A stretch of DNA of 64,000 nt from an uncultured cyanobacterium (GTDB lineage Bacteria > Cyanobacteriota > Cyanobacteriia > Cyanobacteriales > Nostocaceae), in the NCBI GenBank assembly GCA_963706595.1, contig OY970166.1:3520001-3584000 (forward strand). The letters are read 5' to 3'. Under the pieces are notes generated by a model. The model searched no databases. It was given only the letters and a program-made list of their open reading frames with translations, and was not told the DNA's origin. Positions 21,624 through 32,520 of this stretch are shown here, in pieces. Position 1 is the stretch's first letter. Each line of letters begins with the position of its first letter. The translations under genes and the position numbers were made by a program.

Positions 21624-22865
21624 TTAATTAACATCGGTGACTCGCCAACTGAGTTTTAAGTTCAGCCAAAAGTTCCAAATAGTAACGATTGCGATCGCAA
21701 TCAAATTAGCAATGTATCTGTTACGAATGATCAGATTAAATACTAAATTCAACACCAAGACATTTAAAACTAATCCGCCAAGACAAATTACATTAAATTT
21801 CAAAAATCTTTTTAGACGTTGATGCCATTCCTGCTGCTGGCTACTGACATCAGCAAATGTCCAAGCATCATTCCACAGAAAATTATTGAAAATGGCAATT
21901 TCACCAGCAATGATTTTACTCCGTGTTAGGGGTAAAGCCAAAGTAGTCGGATCACTGAGTAAATAAAGTATAGCCATATCCACAAACACCCCACTCAGTC
22001 CCACCAATCCAAACCGCAGGAATTTACTAATGGGGAAATTGATTTTTTGCTGAACTCGTCCCAGCGCTCCCGTAGACAATCGCAAGCGGACTAAGTGCTG
22101 TAAATATTCCACATATTGCTTCCATGTCACCTTACTTTCACCTTGTTGACGCTCACAGAAGATATAAGCAACTTCAGCAATTTGATTCACATTTCCCCGG
22201 CCAATTACCTCCAAAAGAATTTTGTATCCTACTGGATGAAGTATGACACCTGCAATACAAGCACGACGCACGATGAAATAACCACTCATGGGGTCAGAAA
22301 CTCGACTCAATACACCTGGTAACAGAATCAATCCTAATATCTGAGCGCCACGGGACAAAAAACGCCTGATTATATTCCAACTACTAACACCACCTCCTTC
22401 GACATGACGGCTAGCTACTGCTAAATCTGCGCCCTGTTTAATTGCAACCAATAATTGAATTAATATTTCTGGTGGATGCTGTAAGTCTCCGTCAATTACC
22501 CCTAGAATACTACCCTTAGCCACTTGCCATCCCCGAATTACAGCTGAAGACAACCCCCGTTCTTGTTCCCGTCGCATTACCTGCAACTGCGGGTATTCTT
22601 TCATGAGAGATTGTGCTATTTCCCAAGTGCGATCAGGACTATTATCATCAACTACAATTAGCTCGTATTGTCCTGGTATAGATTGATTGAGCAATTCACT
22701 CAATATTTTGAGAAGATGATGAATATTGTCACCCTCTTGATAAGTGGGAATGACCAGTGAAAAATAGATGGGTTCACTATCAGCACCTAAGCTGGGAGGA
22801 GGTAATTCAGAAATTTGTAATGGGGTAGTTATTTCTAACAATAAGGAACTAGTTTTTTCACTCAT
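21624..22865 (-). CDS. Polyprenol-phosphate mannosyltransferase-like GT2 fused to GtrA domain
   Basis: VIPTYQE, VVDDNSPD, DGDLQHPP, SDPMSGYF; C-terminal RFGLVG..NF.WN..WTF. Confidence 0.9.
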   Translation of the reverse strand: MSEKTSSLLLEITTPLQISELPPPSLGADSEPIYFSLVIPTYQEGDNIHHLLKILSELLNQSIPGQYELIVVDDNSPDRTWEIAQSLMKEYPQLQVMRREQERGLSSAVIRGWQVAKGSILGVIDGDLQHPPEILIQLLVAIKQGADLAVASRHVEGGGVSSWNIIRRFLSRGAQILGLILLPGVLSRVSDPMSGYFIVRRACIAGVILHPVGYKILLEVIGRGNVNQIAEVAYIFCERQQGESKVTWKQYVEYLQHLVRLRLSTGALGRVQQKINFPISKFLRFGLVGLSGVFVDMAILYLLSDPTTLALPLTRSKIIAGEIAIFNNFLWNDAWTFADVSSQQQEWHQRLKRFLKFNVICLGGLVLNVLVLNLVFNLIIRNRYIANLIAIAIVTIWNFWLNLKLSWRVTDVN

Positions 22866-23006
22866 ACTAGGCGATAGAGATTATACCAAAAATGTTTTTT
22901 GCTTTGATTAATTTGATTCAAATATGAATGTGAGCAATCTTGATGGTCTGAAGATTAATTCTAATTTCTGCGAAAATAAATAGTAAGAGTAACTTAATTA
23001 TCACTG

Positions 23007-24150
23007 ATGCCCTGTAAAACTGTTGATAGTATTTTGGATCATGCCCTTTTGGGGTACGATTTATCTCCCGCCGATGGAGTGGTATTGTTAAAACAAACTG
23101 ATCCAGAGGCGATCGCTGCCATTCGGACCACAGCTGACAAACTCCGCTACAATCAAGCAGGCAATACGGTGACATACGTCATTAACCGCAATATTAACTT
23201 TACTAATATTTGCGAGCAGCACTGTAGTTTTTGCGCTTTCCGCCGAGATGATGGTGATGCTGGTGCTTACTGGTTAGATTGGGCGCAAATTGTCGAAAAA
23301 TCCACAGATGCAGTGCAAAGAGGCGCAACGGAAATCTGTATGCAGGGGGGATTAAACCCACAAGCACAGATTAATGGCAAATCTTTACATTATTACCTCA
23401 AGCTAGTAGAAACTATCAAGCAGGAATTTCCTCAGATACATCTACACGCTTTTTCACCCCAGGAAGTGGAATTTATCGCCAGAATTGATGGTATTGAATA
23501 TGCTGATGTGATTGCGGCTTTGCGGGATGCTGGTGTAGGCTCAATGCCAGGAACAGCAGCTGAAGTGTTGGATGATCAAGTCAGGCGGGTACTGTGTCCA
23601 GAAAAGATTGACACAGCCACTTGGCTAGAAATTGTTGGTACAGACTCACAAATTAGGTTTACCCACCACTAGCACCATACTATCAGGGCATATTGAAACG
23701 CCAGAACAACAAATTGGGCATTTAGAAAAATTGCGATCGCTCCAAAAAACTGCCATTGATCAGGAATATCCGGCGCGCATTACCGAATTTATTCCTTTAC
23801 CATTTGTTGGACAAGAAGCACCTAAAACATTACGCCGTCGTGTCGGACGTGATCAACCAGTGTTAAATGATGCTTTATTACTCACAGCTGTGGCGCGGAT
23901 TTATTTAGGAAATTACATACCTAACCATCAACCAAGTTGGGTAAAACTGGGGCTAGCTGGTGCTACTGAAGCTTTATTGTGGGGTTGCAACGACATCGGC
24001 GGTACGCTGATGGAAGAACACATTACCACGATGGCAGGTGCTGTGGGCGGTACTTGTATGGAAGTGGAAACTCTGCAAAGTGCGATCGCATCTCTAGGAA
24101 GACCCCACCAACAACGCGACACTCTATATCACAGAGTCATTAGTCATTAG
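23007..24150 (+). CDS. cofH: FO synthase subunit CofH, apparent +1 frameshift at about 23644
   Basis: [38 protein letters not shown]; split across two ORFs. Confidence 0.9.
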
Positions 24151-24545
24151 TCATTAGTCATTGGTCATTAGTCATTGGTCATTGGTCATTGGTCATGGGG
24201 AAGTTACCCTCTTCTCCCCCCTGCTCCCTGCTCCCTGCACCCCTGCCTCTTCTCCCCCCTGCTCCCTGCACCCCTGCACCCTGCACCCCTGCACCCTGCT
24301 CCCTGCACCCTGCTCCCTGCACCCCTGCTCCCTGCACCCCTGCTCCCTGCACCCCTGCACCCTGCACCCCTGCTCCCTGCACCCCTGCTCCCTGCACCCC
24401 TGCTCCCTGCACCCCTGCCTCTTCTCCCCCCTGCTCCCTGCTCCCTGCTCCCTGCACCCCTGCCTCTTCTCCCCCCTGCTCCCTGCTCCCTGCTCCCCTG
24501 CCTCTTCTCCCCCCTGCTCCCTGCTCCCTGCACCCCTGCCTCTTC
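24137..24545. repeat. Long STRR tract: (TCATTAG/TCATTGG)n then (CCCTGCT/CCCTGCA)n with higher-order units
   Basis: Direct reading; source of six spurious ORFs. Confidence 0.95.
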
Positions 24546-24630
24546 TCCCCACTCCCTCACCGAAATGATCCCCAGGATACCAATCCAGGATAGGATAGAC
24601 CTTGATTTACGTATTATTCACTGAACAAAT

Positions 24631-25030
24631 ATGAAGCGCTATTGGTCGCGTCTACTTGCCTTGGTTTTGGTTGTAACCCTTGGCCTCATGGGCTGTACTG
24701 AAAGTCCAGACAGTTTGACAGGTGATTATCGTCAAGATACCTTGGCTGTAGTCAATGTTATGAAAGAAGCTCTGGATTTAACAGCAGATTCACCCGACAG
24801 AGCCGCTATTCAAGCAGAAGCACGTCAAAAAATTAACGATTTTTCGGCTCGCTACCAACGGGATAACTCTGTTTCCAGTCTTAGTTCCTTTACAACCATG
24901 CGAACAGACTCTCAACTCCCTCGCTGGTCACTACAGTTCTTACCCAAATCGTCCCGTACCCCAAAAGCTCAGAACTCGTCTAGAGCAAGAGTTAGCACGG
25001 GTAGAAACTGCGCTGAGGCGTGGGGCTTAA
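24631..25030 (+). CDS. psb27: Photosystem II assembly lipoprotein Psb27, apparent +1 frameshift at about 24908
   Basis: Lipobox LMGC, LTGDYRQDT, SFTTMRT; removing one A gives ALNSLAGHYSSYPNRPVPQKL..ALRRGA*. Confidence 0.9.
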
Positions 25031-25487
25031 CTATTGGTAGTTCGATTGTTAAGAGTCAAAAGTCTAGAGTCCTCGGTTTTTACTCTTGACCGTTGACTCT
25101 TGACTCTTTTGTGCAGAAATAAATAACGAACCACAGATTTAGACAAATACTGGCTTCTTTCTCTCAGGGTAAACAGATACTTGCGTACTTAGAAGATTAG
25201 AAAATCCATATCTAAGTATATACCGTAAATAAACGGATTCAATAAAACTTAAATCATCAAAAATCAAACTATAAATTCCTTCAAAATAGCGCCAATCTGC
25301 TTTTTGTTCCAGGGTTTTGAACTTCATGTTCAAAATTTATCAAAAAATCGGGCAACAGAAAGAGAATTTTTGCAGTCTTGAATATGTAAGCTGCGAAACT
25401 TTCAGTGATAAGTTGAAATTTTTATACCTGTAGCTAAAAATTATTTGCATTAGGATTGATTATTTATTTGTGCTTCTACTTTTAGGT

Positions 25488-26987
25488 ATGTTTAACTGTC
25501 CTTTGAATCTTCCCAGAACAATTTCATTTTGGCGCTGTCTGTTCGCTACCGTTTTTACCAGTAGTTTGTTTATTTCTCACTTTGGTAGCCCAGCAGCACA
25601 GGCGCAAGTAACCGAATATTGCCAATTAACCACAGCAGCAGCAAAAGCCAAAGAAGACTTACGTTTGTTAGCGCTCAAAGGCAATCAAGATGCTCAGAAC
25701 CGCTACCAACAACTGGTTAAACAACATGGACAGGAGTTGCAGAATTGTCGGAATCGGACTTGGCCAGAAACCCAAGCTATCTGGTTACGTTTATATCCCT
25801 GTGATATTCAGCCAGGAGCGATTGACCAGATTATGGATCGGGTTGTCAACCGTGGCTACAATCAAATTTATGTAGAAGCTTTTTCGGATGGGCAAGTATT
25901 ATTACCAGCAGGAGCTAACCCCACAGTCTGGCCATCTGTACTTCGCACCCCCGGAGCCGAAAACATCGATTTGCTGTCTGTGGCTATTCAAAAAGGGCGA
26001 CAACGTGGTTTAAAAGTTTACGCCTGGGTGTTTACCAACAATTTCGGCTATACTTACGCTCAACGTCCAGATCGAGTAGATGCGATCGCACGCAATGGCA
26101 AAGGTCAAAACAGCCTATCCGTCACTGATAACGGTTCTCAACTATTCATTGACCCCTATAATTTACAAGCCAAACGCGACTACTATCAAATGGTACAAGA
26201 AGTAGTCCGCCGCCGCCCAGATGGAATTCTATTTGACTACGTGCGCTATCCACGACAAGCCGGAACTGATTCTATTGCGACCAAAGTCTCTGATTTATGG
26301 CTATTTACTCCAGCCACTCAACAAGCTTTATTTAACCGCGCCCAGAATAACAAAGGACGAGAACTAATTCAGCGTTTTGTGGGTAAAGGATACGTCACAG
26401 CTGGGGATATCAACGAAATCGATCAGCTTCACCCTCAAGAAAACGAACCCTTATGGCAAGGGCGAATTCCCCAACCAGAGCAAAAGTCAATCATCTCTGC
26501 AACCGACAGACAACCATTATTACAATTACAATTGTGGCAACTAGCAGTTGCTCACGCGATGCAAGGGATCTTAGATTTTGTCGCCTTAGCTGCTTACCCA
26601 GCGCAGCAACAAGGAATACCCTCCGGAGCCGTGTTTTTTCCCGATGGTAATCAAGCTATCGGACGAGGCTATGATTCCCGCTTGCAACCTTGGGATAGGT
26701 TCCCTAGTTCTTTAGAATGGCATCCCATGTCTTATTCGACTTGTGGTAATGCCAGTTGCATTGTACAAGAAGTGCAACGAGTTTTGAATGCTGCACAACC
26801 AGGAACCAAAGTTATTCCTGCTTTAGCCGGAAGTTGGGGAAAAGCAGTAGGTAATCGTCCATCACTTGAAACGCAAATGCAAGCATTACGCCAATCTACT
26901 CCCCAATTAAAGGGAGTGAGCCATTTTGCCTATTCTTGGCAATACCCAGAACATGATAACGATCGCAAATTTTGTCGCGTTCGGTAA
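25488..26987 (+). CDS. GHL10 (DUF187) glycoside hydrolase-like protein
   Basis: GYNQIYVE, GLKVYAW, DGILFDYVRYP. Confidence 0.8.
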   Translation: MFNCPLNLPRTISFWRCLFATVFTSSLFISHFGSPAAQAQVTEYCQLTTAAAKAKEDLRLLALKGNQDAQNRYQQLVKQHGQELQNCRNRTWPETQAIWLRLYPCDIQPGAIDQIMDRVVNRGYNQIYVEAFSDGQVLLPAGANPTVWPSVLRTPGAENIDLLSVAIQKGRQRGLKVYAWVFTNNFGYTYAQRPDRVDAIARNGKGQNSLSVTDNGSQLFIDPYNLQAKRDYYQMVQEVVRRRPDGILFDYVRYPRQAGTDSIATKVSDLWLFTPATQQALFNRAQNNKGRELIQRFVGKGYVTAGDINEIDQLHPQENEPLWQGRIPQPEQKSIISATDRQPLLQLQLWQLAVAHAMQGILDFVALAAYPAQQQGIPSGAVFFPDGNQAIGRGYDSRLQPWDRFPSSLEWHPMSYSTCGNASCIVQEVQRVLNAAQPGTKVIPALAGSWGKAVGNRPSLETQMQALRQSTPQLKGVSHFAYSWQYPEHDNDRKFCRVR

Positions 26988-27036
26988 CTGGACTTGTAGA
27001 GACGCGATTTATCGCGTCTGCATATCTTAAAAAAAA

Positions 27037-30000
27037 ATGAATAAACTTCAACCAAGACAAGCCTTAAATAAAGCATTCCTGAAAGTCAAGCCCAACAGAA
27101 TTGAAATTGACCTATTTAAAAATAATCTGTCTACCCTCATCGCTCAAATCAACGAAGCGGAATCTGAAGAATTTCATAAAAATTTGATTGCCGATTTTTT
27201 AAAGAATACTTATTATAGCCCCAATCATTTTATCAATACAAAAGGACATAATGACCTTGTTATTCATAACGGTAAAGATGCTCAAACTACCGTTGGTGTA
27301 ATTTTAGAAACTAAAAAGCCAACGAACACAGGCGAAATGCTCAAAATTGATAATTTAAATACTAAAGCATTTCAAGAATTGGTGTTGTATTTTTTGCGCG
27401 ATCGCATTACAAATAAAAACCTAGAAATTAAATATTTAATCGCTACCAATATTTACCAATGGTTTATTTTTGACGCAAATAATTTTGAAAAACTTTTCAT
27501 TGAAAACAAAACATTTTTAAACCAATTTACCGAATTTGAAGCCGGGAGATTATCCAGTAAAAAAACAGAGTTTTTCTATAAAGAAATAGCTCAACCAGCC
27601 ATAGCCCAAATTCAAAACTCAATTCCTTTTACCTATTTTGATATTCGAGACTATGCAGAAATTTTAAATCATCCACAGCAGCAAAATGATCATCAACTAA
27701 TAGCGCTGTTTAAATTACTTTCACCAGAACATTTATTAAAATTACCCTTTGCTAACGATAGTAATAGTCTTGACAAAGGTTTTTATAGCGAACTATTACA
27801 TATTATCGGTTTGACGGAAACCAAGCAAGGTAGTAGAAAACTCATTCAACGTAAAAAAGCAGGTGAACGAAATTCAGGTTCCCTCATTGAAAATGCAATT
27901 GTGCAACTTGATAGTTTAGACAAAATTTCTCGCCTCAAAAAGCCAGAGCAATTTGGGGAAACTTACCAAGAGCAACTTTTTAATCTTGGGTTAGAATTAT
28001 CAATCACTTGGATTAATCACATACTTTTTCTGAAATTATTAGAAGCACAATTAATTAGATATCACAAGAATGATAAATCCTTTGGCTTTCTGAATTTAGA
28101 AAAAATCAAAAAACTCGATGATTTAAACAGTCTTTTCTTCAGCGTCTTAGCACGTAAACCCAGCGAGAGAAACGAAAATATCCAAAAAACATTTACCAAT
28201 GTTCCTTATTTAAATAGTTCCCTATTTGAACCAACAGATATTGAACAAGTAACAATATTTATCAGCAACCTTAGAGATGAGAATTTGCCGATTTTCTCCG
28301 GGAGCATCTTAAAAGACAGCAATGGTAAAAAGCGCACAGGTGAACTAAACACATTACAATACCTGTTTGAATTTCTGAACGCTTACGACTTCAGCAGCGA
28401 AGGTTCCGAAGAAATTCAAGAAGACAACAAAAGACTAATTAATGCTTCTGTACTTGGCTTAATTTTCGAGAAGATTAACGGATATAAAGATGGTTCCTTC
28501 TTTACTCCAGGTTTCATTACCATGTATATGTGTCGTGAAACAATTCGCCGAGCCGTTTTGCAGAAATTTAATCAGGCTAAGGGTTGGAATTGTCAAGATA
28601 TTGAGCAATTGTATGAGAAAATATCCGATAAACCAGAAGCTAATCAAATTATTAACAGTTTAAAAATTTGTGATCCGGCTGTAGGTTCAGGACATTTCTT
28701 AGTTTCGGCTCTCAACGAAATTATAGCCGTTAAAAGCGAACTGAAAATTTTACTCGATAGGTCAGGTAAAACATTAAGAGACTATCACGTTGAAGTGGTA
28801 AATGATGAGTTAGTTATCACTGATGATGACGGCTCATTATTTGAGTATAATCCTAAAAATAAGGAAAGTCAACGCATACAAGAAACTCTATTTTATGAAA
28901 AGCAGACGATTATTGAAAATTGTTTATTTGGTGTAGATATTAATCCCAATTCTGTAAAAATATGTCGTCTGCGGTTATGGATTGAACTTCTCAAAAATGC
29001 TTATTATAAAGCTGAGAGTAATTTTGATGTAGAAAACCTCTCTCTAAATCTCTCTCCTACAAGGAAAGAGACTTTGAATTCTCCCCCTTCCCGTGTCGGG
29101 AAGGGGGTTGGGGGGTTAGGTTTTTCAGAGTTAGAAACTCTACCAAATATTGATATTAATATCAAATGCGGTAATTCTTTAATGAGTCGTTTTGCGTTGT
29201 CTGCTGATTTACGCCAAGCTTTAAAGAAAAAGCAATACAGTATAAATAATTATCGCCATGCTGTGGAAACTTACCGCAACGCTGAAAATAAACAGCAGAA
29301 ACGGGAAATGGAAAAGCTAATTAAAGATATTAAGGGTAATTTTCAGACGACTCTGGGACTAAGTGACCCCAATAAAACCAAGTTAAGACGGTTGGAGGGT
29401 GAACTTTATAATTTGGAAAATCAGACTTTGTTGTTTGAAGAAACCAAAGCTGAGAAAAAGACGCGGGAGAAAAAAGTAACTAAGTTAAATAATGAAATTG
29501 ACAAGTTAAAAGCTGAGATTGACGATATACAAAACGGTCAGATTTATGAAAATTCCCTGGAATGGCGTTTTGAATTTCCTGAAGTTTTGGATAACAAAGG
29601 GGAGTTTGTCGGGTTTGATGTGGTAATTGGGAATCCTCCTTATATTAGACAAGAAGAAATTAAGGATTTGAAACCAATTTTGCAACAAACCTATCAATGT
29701 TATACAGGAATTGCAGATTTATTTGTATATTTTTATGAGCTAGGTTTAAAATTATTAAAGCCAAAAGGTTATTTAACTTATATTTCCTCTAATAAATATT
29801 TTCGCGCTGGTTATGGTGAAAAGTTACGTCAGCTTTTGACAGCGACAACAACTATTCATAGTTTAATTGATTTTGGAGATTTTCCGGTTTTTGAGGAAGC
29901 GATCGCCTATCCTAGTATTATTACATTAAGTAACTGTAAATCTGATCAAAATGAAGTCAAAGCTTTGTCATGGGATAAAGCCAAGAAAGAAAATATTGCA

Positions 30001-30930
30001 CAATTTGCAACGGTGTTAAATCAGTCAGGTGTGAGAATTTCACAAGAAAATTTAAAACCTGACGGGTGGAGAGTAGAATCTTCAGATATTTTAGATTTGT
30101 TAGCAAAAATCAGAAACGCTGGAACGCCGTTAGGAGAGTATGTAAACGGCAGATTTTATTATGGTATTAAAACAGGATTTAATCAAGCTTTTGTTGTAGA
30201 TCAAGCTACTCGTGATAAATTGATTAACGAACATCCCTCCTCTGCTGAAGTTTTAAAACCTTTCTTACGTGGAAGAGATGTGAAGCGATGGTGTGTAGAA
30301 TTTGCTAATCAATATATCATCAAAATCGAATCTTCTGAAAATAAAAAACATCCTTGGTCTGATAAACCGAAAAAAGAAGCAGAGAAAGTTTTAGCTATCA
30401 CATATCCTGCAATTTATCAACATTTTACTCAATTTAGGGAAGCATTAATTAAGAGATGCGACCAGGGTAAATTCTTTTGGGAATTGCGCTCTTGTATTTA
30501 CTGGGAAGAATTTGAACAACCTAAAATTATAATTCCTGCAATTATTAATAATGTTGAATATGCTTCCGATTTTTCAGGATATTACAGCAACGATAAAACC
30601 TCTATTTGTATTCCGAAAAATATTAATTATACTTTAGCAATTCTTAACTCATCTTTAATGTGGTGGTTCATTCAACAAATAGCCGCATCTAAACAGGGAG
30701 GATTCTTTGAATTTAAGCTAATGTATGTTTCTCAAATACCTATCGCTACAGCTACAGAACCCCAGAGAATATTATTAGAACAATTAGTTGAGCAAATCCT
30801 CACGGCTAAAAAATTACACACCCAAGCAGACACAACCGCATTAGAAGCAGATATAAATCAACTGGTTTATCAACTTTACGGATTAACAGCAGAAGAGATT
30901 CAAATTATCGAAGATAAAATCAATGGATAA
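27037..30930 (+). CDS. Type IIG restriction-modification enzyme (endonuclease, N6-adenine methyltransferase and TaqI-C-like specificity domain)
   Basis: ND..E.K nuclease motif, DPAVGSGHFL, GNPPY, LGLIFEKINGYKDGSFFTP. Confidence 0.9.
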   Translation: MNKLQPRQALNKAFLKVKPNRIEIDLFKNNLSTLIAQINEAESEEFHKNLIADFLKNTYYSPNHFINTKGHNDLVIHNGKDAQTTVGVILETKKPTNTGEMLKIDNLNTKAFQELVLYFLRDRITNKNLEIKYLIATNIYQWFIFDANNFEKLFIENKTFLNQFTEFEAGRLSSKKTEFFYKEIAQPAIAQIQNSIPFTYFDIRDYAEILNHPQQQNDHQLIALFKLLSPEHLLKLPFANDSNSLDKGFYSELLHIIGLTETKQGSRKLIQRKKAGERNSGSLIENAIVQLDSLDKISRLKKPEQFGETYQEQLFNLGLELSITWINHILFLKLLEAQLIRYHKNDKSFGFLNLEKIKKLDDLNSLFFSVLARKPSERNENIQKTFTNVPYLNSSLFEPTDIEQVTIFISNLRDENLPIFSGSILKDSNGKKRTGELNTLQYLFEFLNAYDFSSEGSEEIQEDNKRLINASVLGLIFEKINGYKDGSFFTPGFITMYMCRETIRRAVLQKFNQAKGWNCQDIEQLYEKISDKPEANQIINSLKICDPAVGSGHFLVSALNEIIAVKSELKILLDRSGKTLRDYHVEVVNDELVITDDDGSLFEYNPKNKESQRIQETLFYEKQTIIENCLFGVDINPNSVKICRLRLWIELLKNAYYKAESNFDVENLSLNLSPTRKETLNSPPSRVGKGVGGLGFSELETLPNIDINIKCGNSLMSRFALSADLRQALKKKQYSINNYRHAVETYRNAENKQQKREMEKLIKDIKGNFQTTLGLSDPNKTKLRRLEGELYNLENQTLLFEETKAEKKTREKKVTKLNNEIDKLKAEIDDIQNGQIYENSLEWRFEFPEVLDNKGEFVGFDVVIGNPPYIRQEEIKDLKPILQQTYQCYTGIADLFVYFYELGLKLLKPKGYLTYISSNKYFRAGYGEKLRQLLTATTTIHSLIDFGDFPVFEEAIAYPSIITLSNCKSDQNEVKALSWDKAKKENIAQFATVLNQSGVRISQENLKPDGWRVESSDILDLLAKIRNAGTPLGEYVNGRFYYGIKTGFNQAFVVDQATRDKLINEHPSSAEVLKPFLRGRDVKRWCVEFANQYIIKIESSENKKHPWSDKPKKEAEKVLAITYPAIYQHFTQFREALIKRCDQGKFFWELRSCIYWEEFEQPKIIIPAIINNVEYASDFSGYYSNDKTSICIPKNINYTLAILNSSLMWWFIQQIAASKQGGFFEFKLMYVSQIPIATATEPQRILLEQLVEQILTAKKLHTQADTTALEADINQLVYQLYGLTAEEIQIIEDKING

Positions 30931-30958
30931 ACTCAGCAGCATCACCTATTATTATCTC

Positions 30959-31128
30959 TTACAGCAGTTTTCATGTATTTAGACCACACCCTGATATCTG
31001 TATTTCTTTCTTCCTTTGCGCCTAACGCACTTCGTGCTAGAGCTTACAGCACGCTACGCGAACGCTTCGCTGATGCGCCTTTGCGTGAGATATAAAAATG
31101 TGGTTCATTTAGCTGAAAATCGCTGTAA
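30959..31128. mobile_element. MITE-like element with nested short dispersed repeats
   Basis: TTACAGCAGTTTTCA..TGAAAATCGCTGTAA inverted ends. Confidence 0.6.
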
Positions 31129-31225
31129 GTTTATGGTGGGTTACGCTGCGCTTTAGCGAAGCCATGTCCCCAGGGCTATACCCACCCTACAAATTGGGTA
31201 TTTTTTATTTGTCAGTCCCTTATCC

Positions 31226-32152
31226 TTAATTAGAAGTGTTGACTGGAATTTGTTCCAACCAAACTGTTAAATCTTCTACCGAAGAAAAATCCAGCAGCGC
31301 TACAGATAAATCTTCCAACTGAGTCAGCGATAACTGCTGAACCCGTGCTTCTAACTCCGGTGTCAGTGTCCCCACCCTTCTAGGAAGTAAGCGCATAACT
31401 AAAGATAGTGTTGCTTGTTCTTTTCCTTGCTCAATTCCCTCTTCCATCCAACTTGTAACTATTTCCATAACTTCCTCCTGTTCTCTTGGTTCTATGGTAG
31501 CAATATCGTCTTGTAAAAGTTTTTGCTCTTGTGGACTGAGGCGCAAATAGGTATCAATAAAACCGGAAATTAACCGCATTCTAGCTGGGTCTAATTTTAA
31601 CGTCGCTAACAGACGCAAACATTCAAACTTGACTTGACGGCGTTCTGCTGGTGCGATGTTCATTTTTGCCATTAACGCAGTAGCTACAGGATTTTTTTGA
31701 CGGAGAAAATCCCGCCAGTTGAGTTGATTTAGCTGAATGACATCATAGTTAAATTGTAAAATAACTTTGTGAGGAAATGCGACTTGATGTACATTTGTTT
31801 CCGGCGTTTTCGGAGAATCGTAAGATAATAAAACTATCGGATAAATAGGGATATCGAATTTTTCATACAACCGTGAGAAGTAGCGAAACATCCGCTTATC
31901 AAAATTGGCTTGCTTAGAAGATTGATTTTCAACGTGAATCAGAAAGCAAGAGTCTTGACCTAGAAATTTAGCTTTAACAATTAAGTCGGCTTCGTATCTT
32001 TCTCCAGCAGTGACATCAGTGAAAACTTCCTTATCCAAAAACTCTATAGAATCTCGTTCTAAATAAGTTAGCACTTCTGGTAAGAACAATTCTAGGAACT
32101 CTACAAAAAAAGTTGTTAGCAGTTCCTTAAATAAGCGATCATGATTAATCAT
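31226..32152 (-). CDS. Rpn/DUF4351 family PD-(D/E)XK nuclease-like protein
   Basis: HDRLFKELL, IHVENQ, C-terminal LEDLSVALLDFSSVEDL..WL. Confidence 0.85.
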   Translation of the reverse strand: MINHDRLFKELLTTFFVEFLELFLPEVLTYLERDSIEFLDKEVFTDVTAGERYEADLIVKAKFLGQDSCFLIHVENQSSKQANFDKRMFRYFSRLYEKFDIPIYPIVLLSYDSPKTPETNVHQVAFPHKVILQFNYDVIQLNQLNWRDFLRQKNPVATALMAKMNIAPAERRQVKFECLRLLATLKLDPARMRLISGFIDTYLRLSPQEQKLLQDDIATIEPREQEEVMEIVTSWMEEGIEQGKEQATLSLVMRLLPRRVGTLTPELEARVQQLSLTQLEDLSVALLDFSSVEDLTVWLEQIPVNTSN

Positions 32153-32389
32153 AAACAGTAAGATAGTGTAAATAATAAAGTAGAAAATTTTTGGGCGAAT
32201 ATAATTCGCTACTACACAGGCGAAGTCCACCTCCGTGGACTAATGAAAAAGTGGGATTTTTAACCCGCGCAGGTGGTCACTGAGCTTGTCGAAGTGCGGG
32301 TTTAGTTTGTATAGCCGCGACTTCTAGTCGCCAGGGCTGTAATAAATTAGACTTTTCAAACAACCTCTTAAAGACTCTAGGCTAACAAA

Positions 32390-32482
32390 TAGGACTTACG
32401 CATAAATTACGGAATAACGAACCACAGAGACGCAGAGAACACAGAGGAATAAGGGTTTGAGAGAGTTTTTGCGTAAGTCCTA
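32390..32482. mobile_element. MITE with TAGGACTTACGCA inverted ends (related copy at about 56852-56998)
   Basis: Perfect 13-bp inverted ends. Confidence 0.7.
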
Positions 32483-32520
32483 ACAAATAAGGGCTAAAGC
32501 CCTTACTACGAACTTTGTAA

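Noticed and set aside
24161..24624. Six Pro/Cys/Gly-rich ORFs
   Set aside because: Translations of the stop-free STRR tract.
25139..25333. 64-aa ORF
   Set aside because: Could be a small gene or remnant, but I cannot support any assignment from the sequence.
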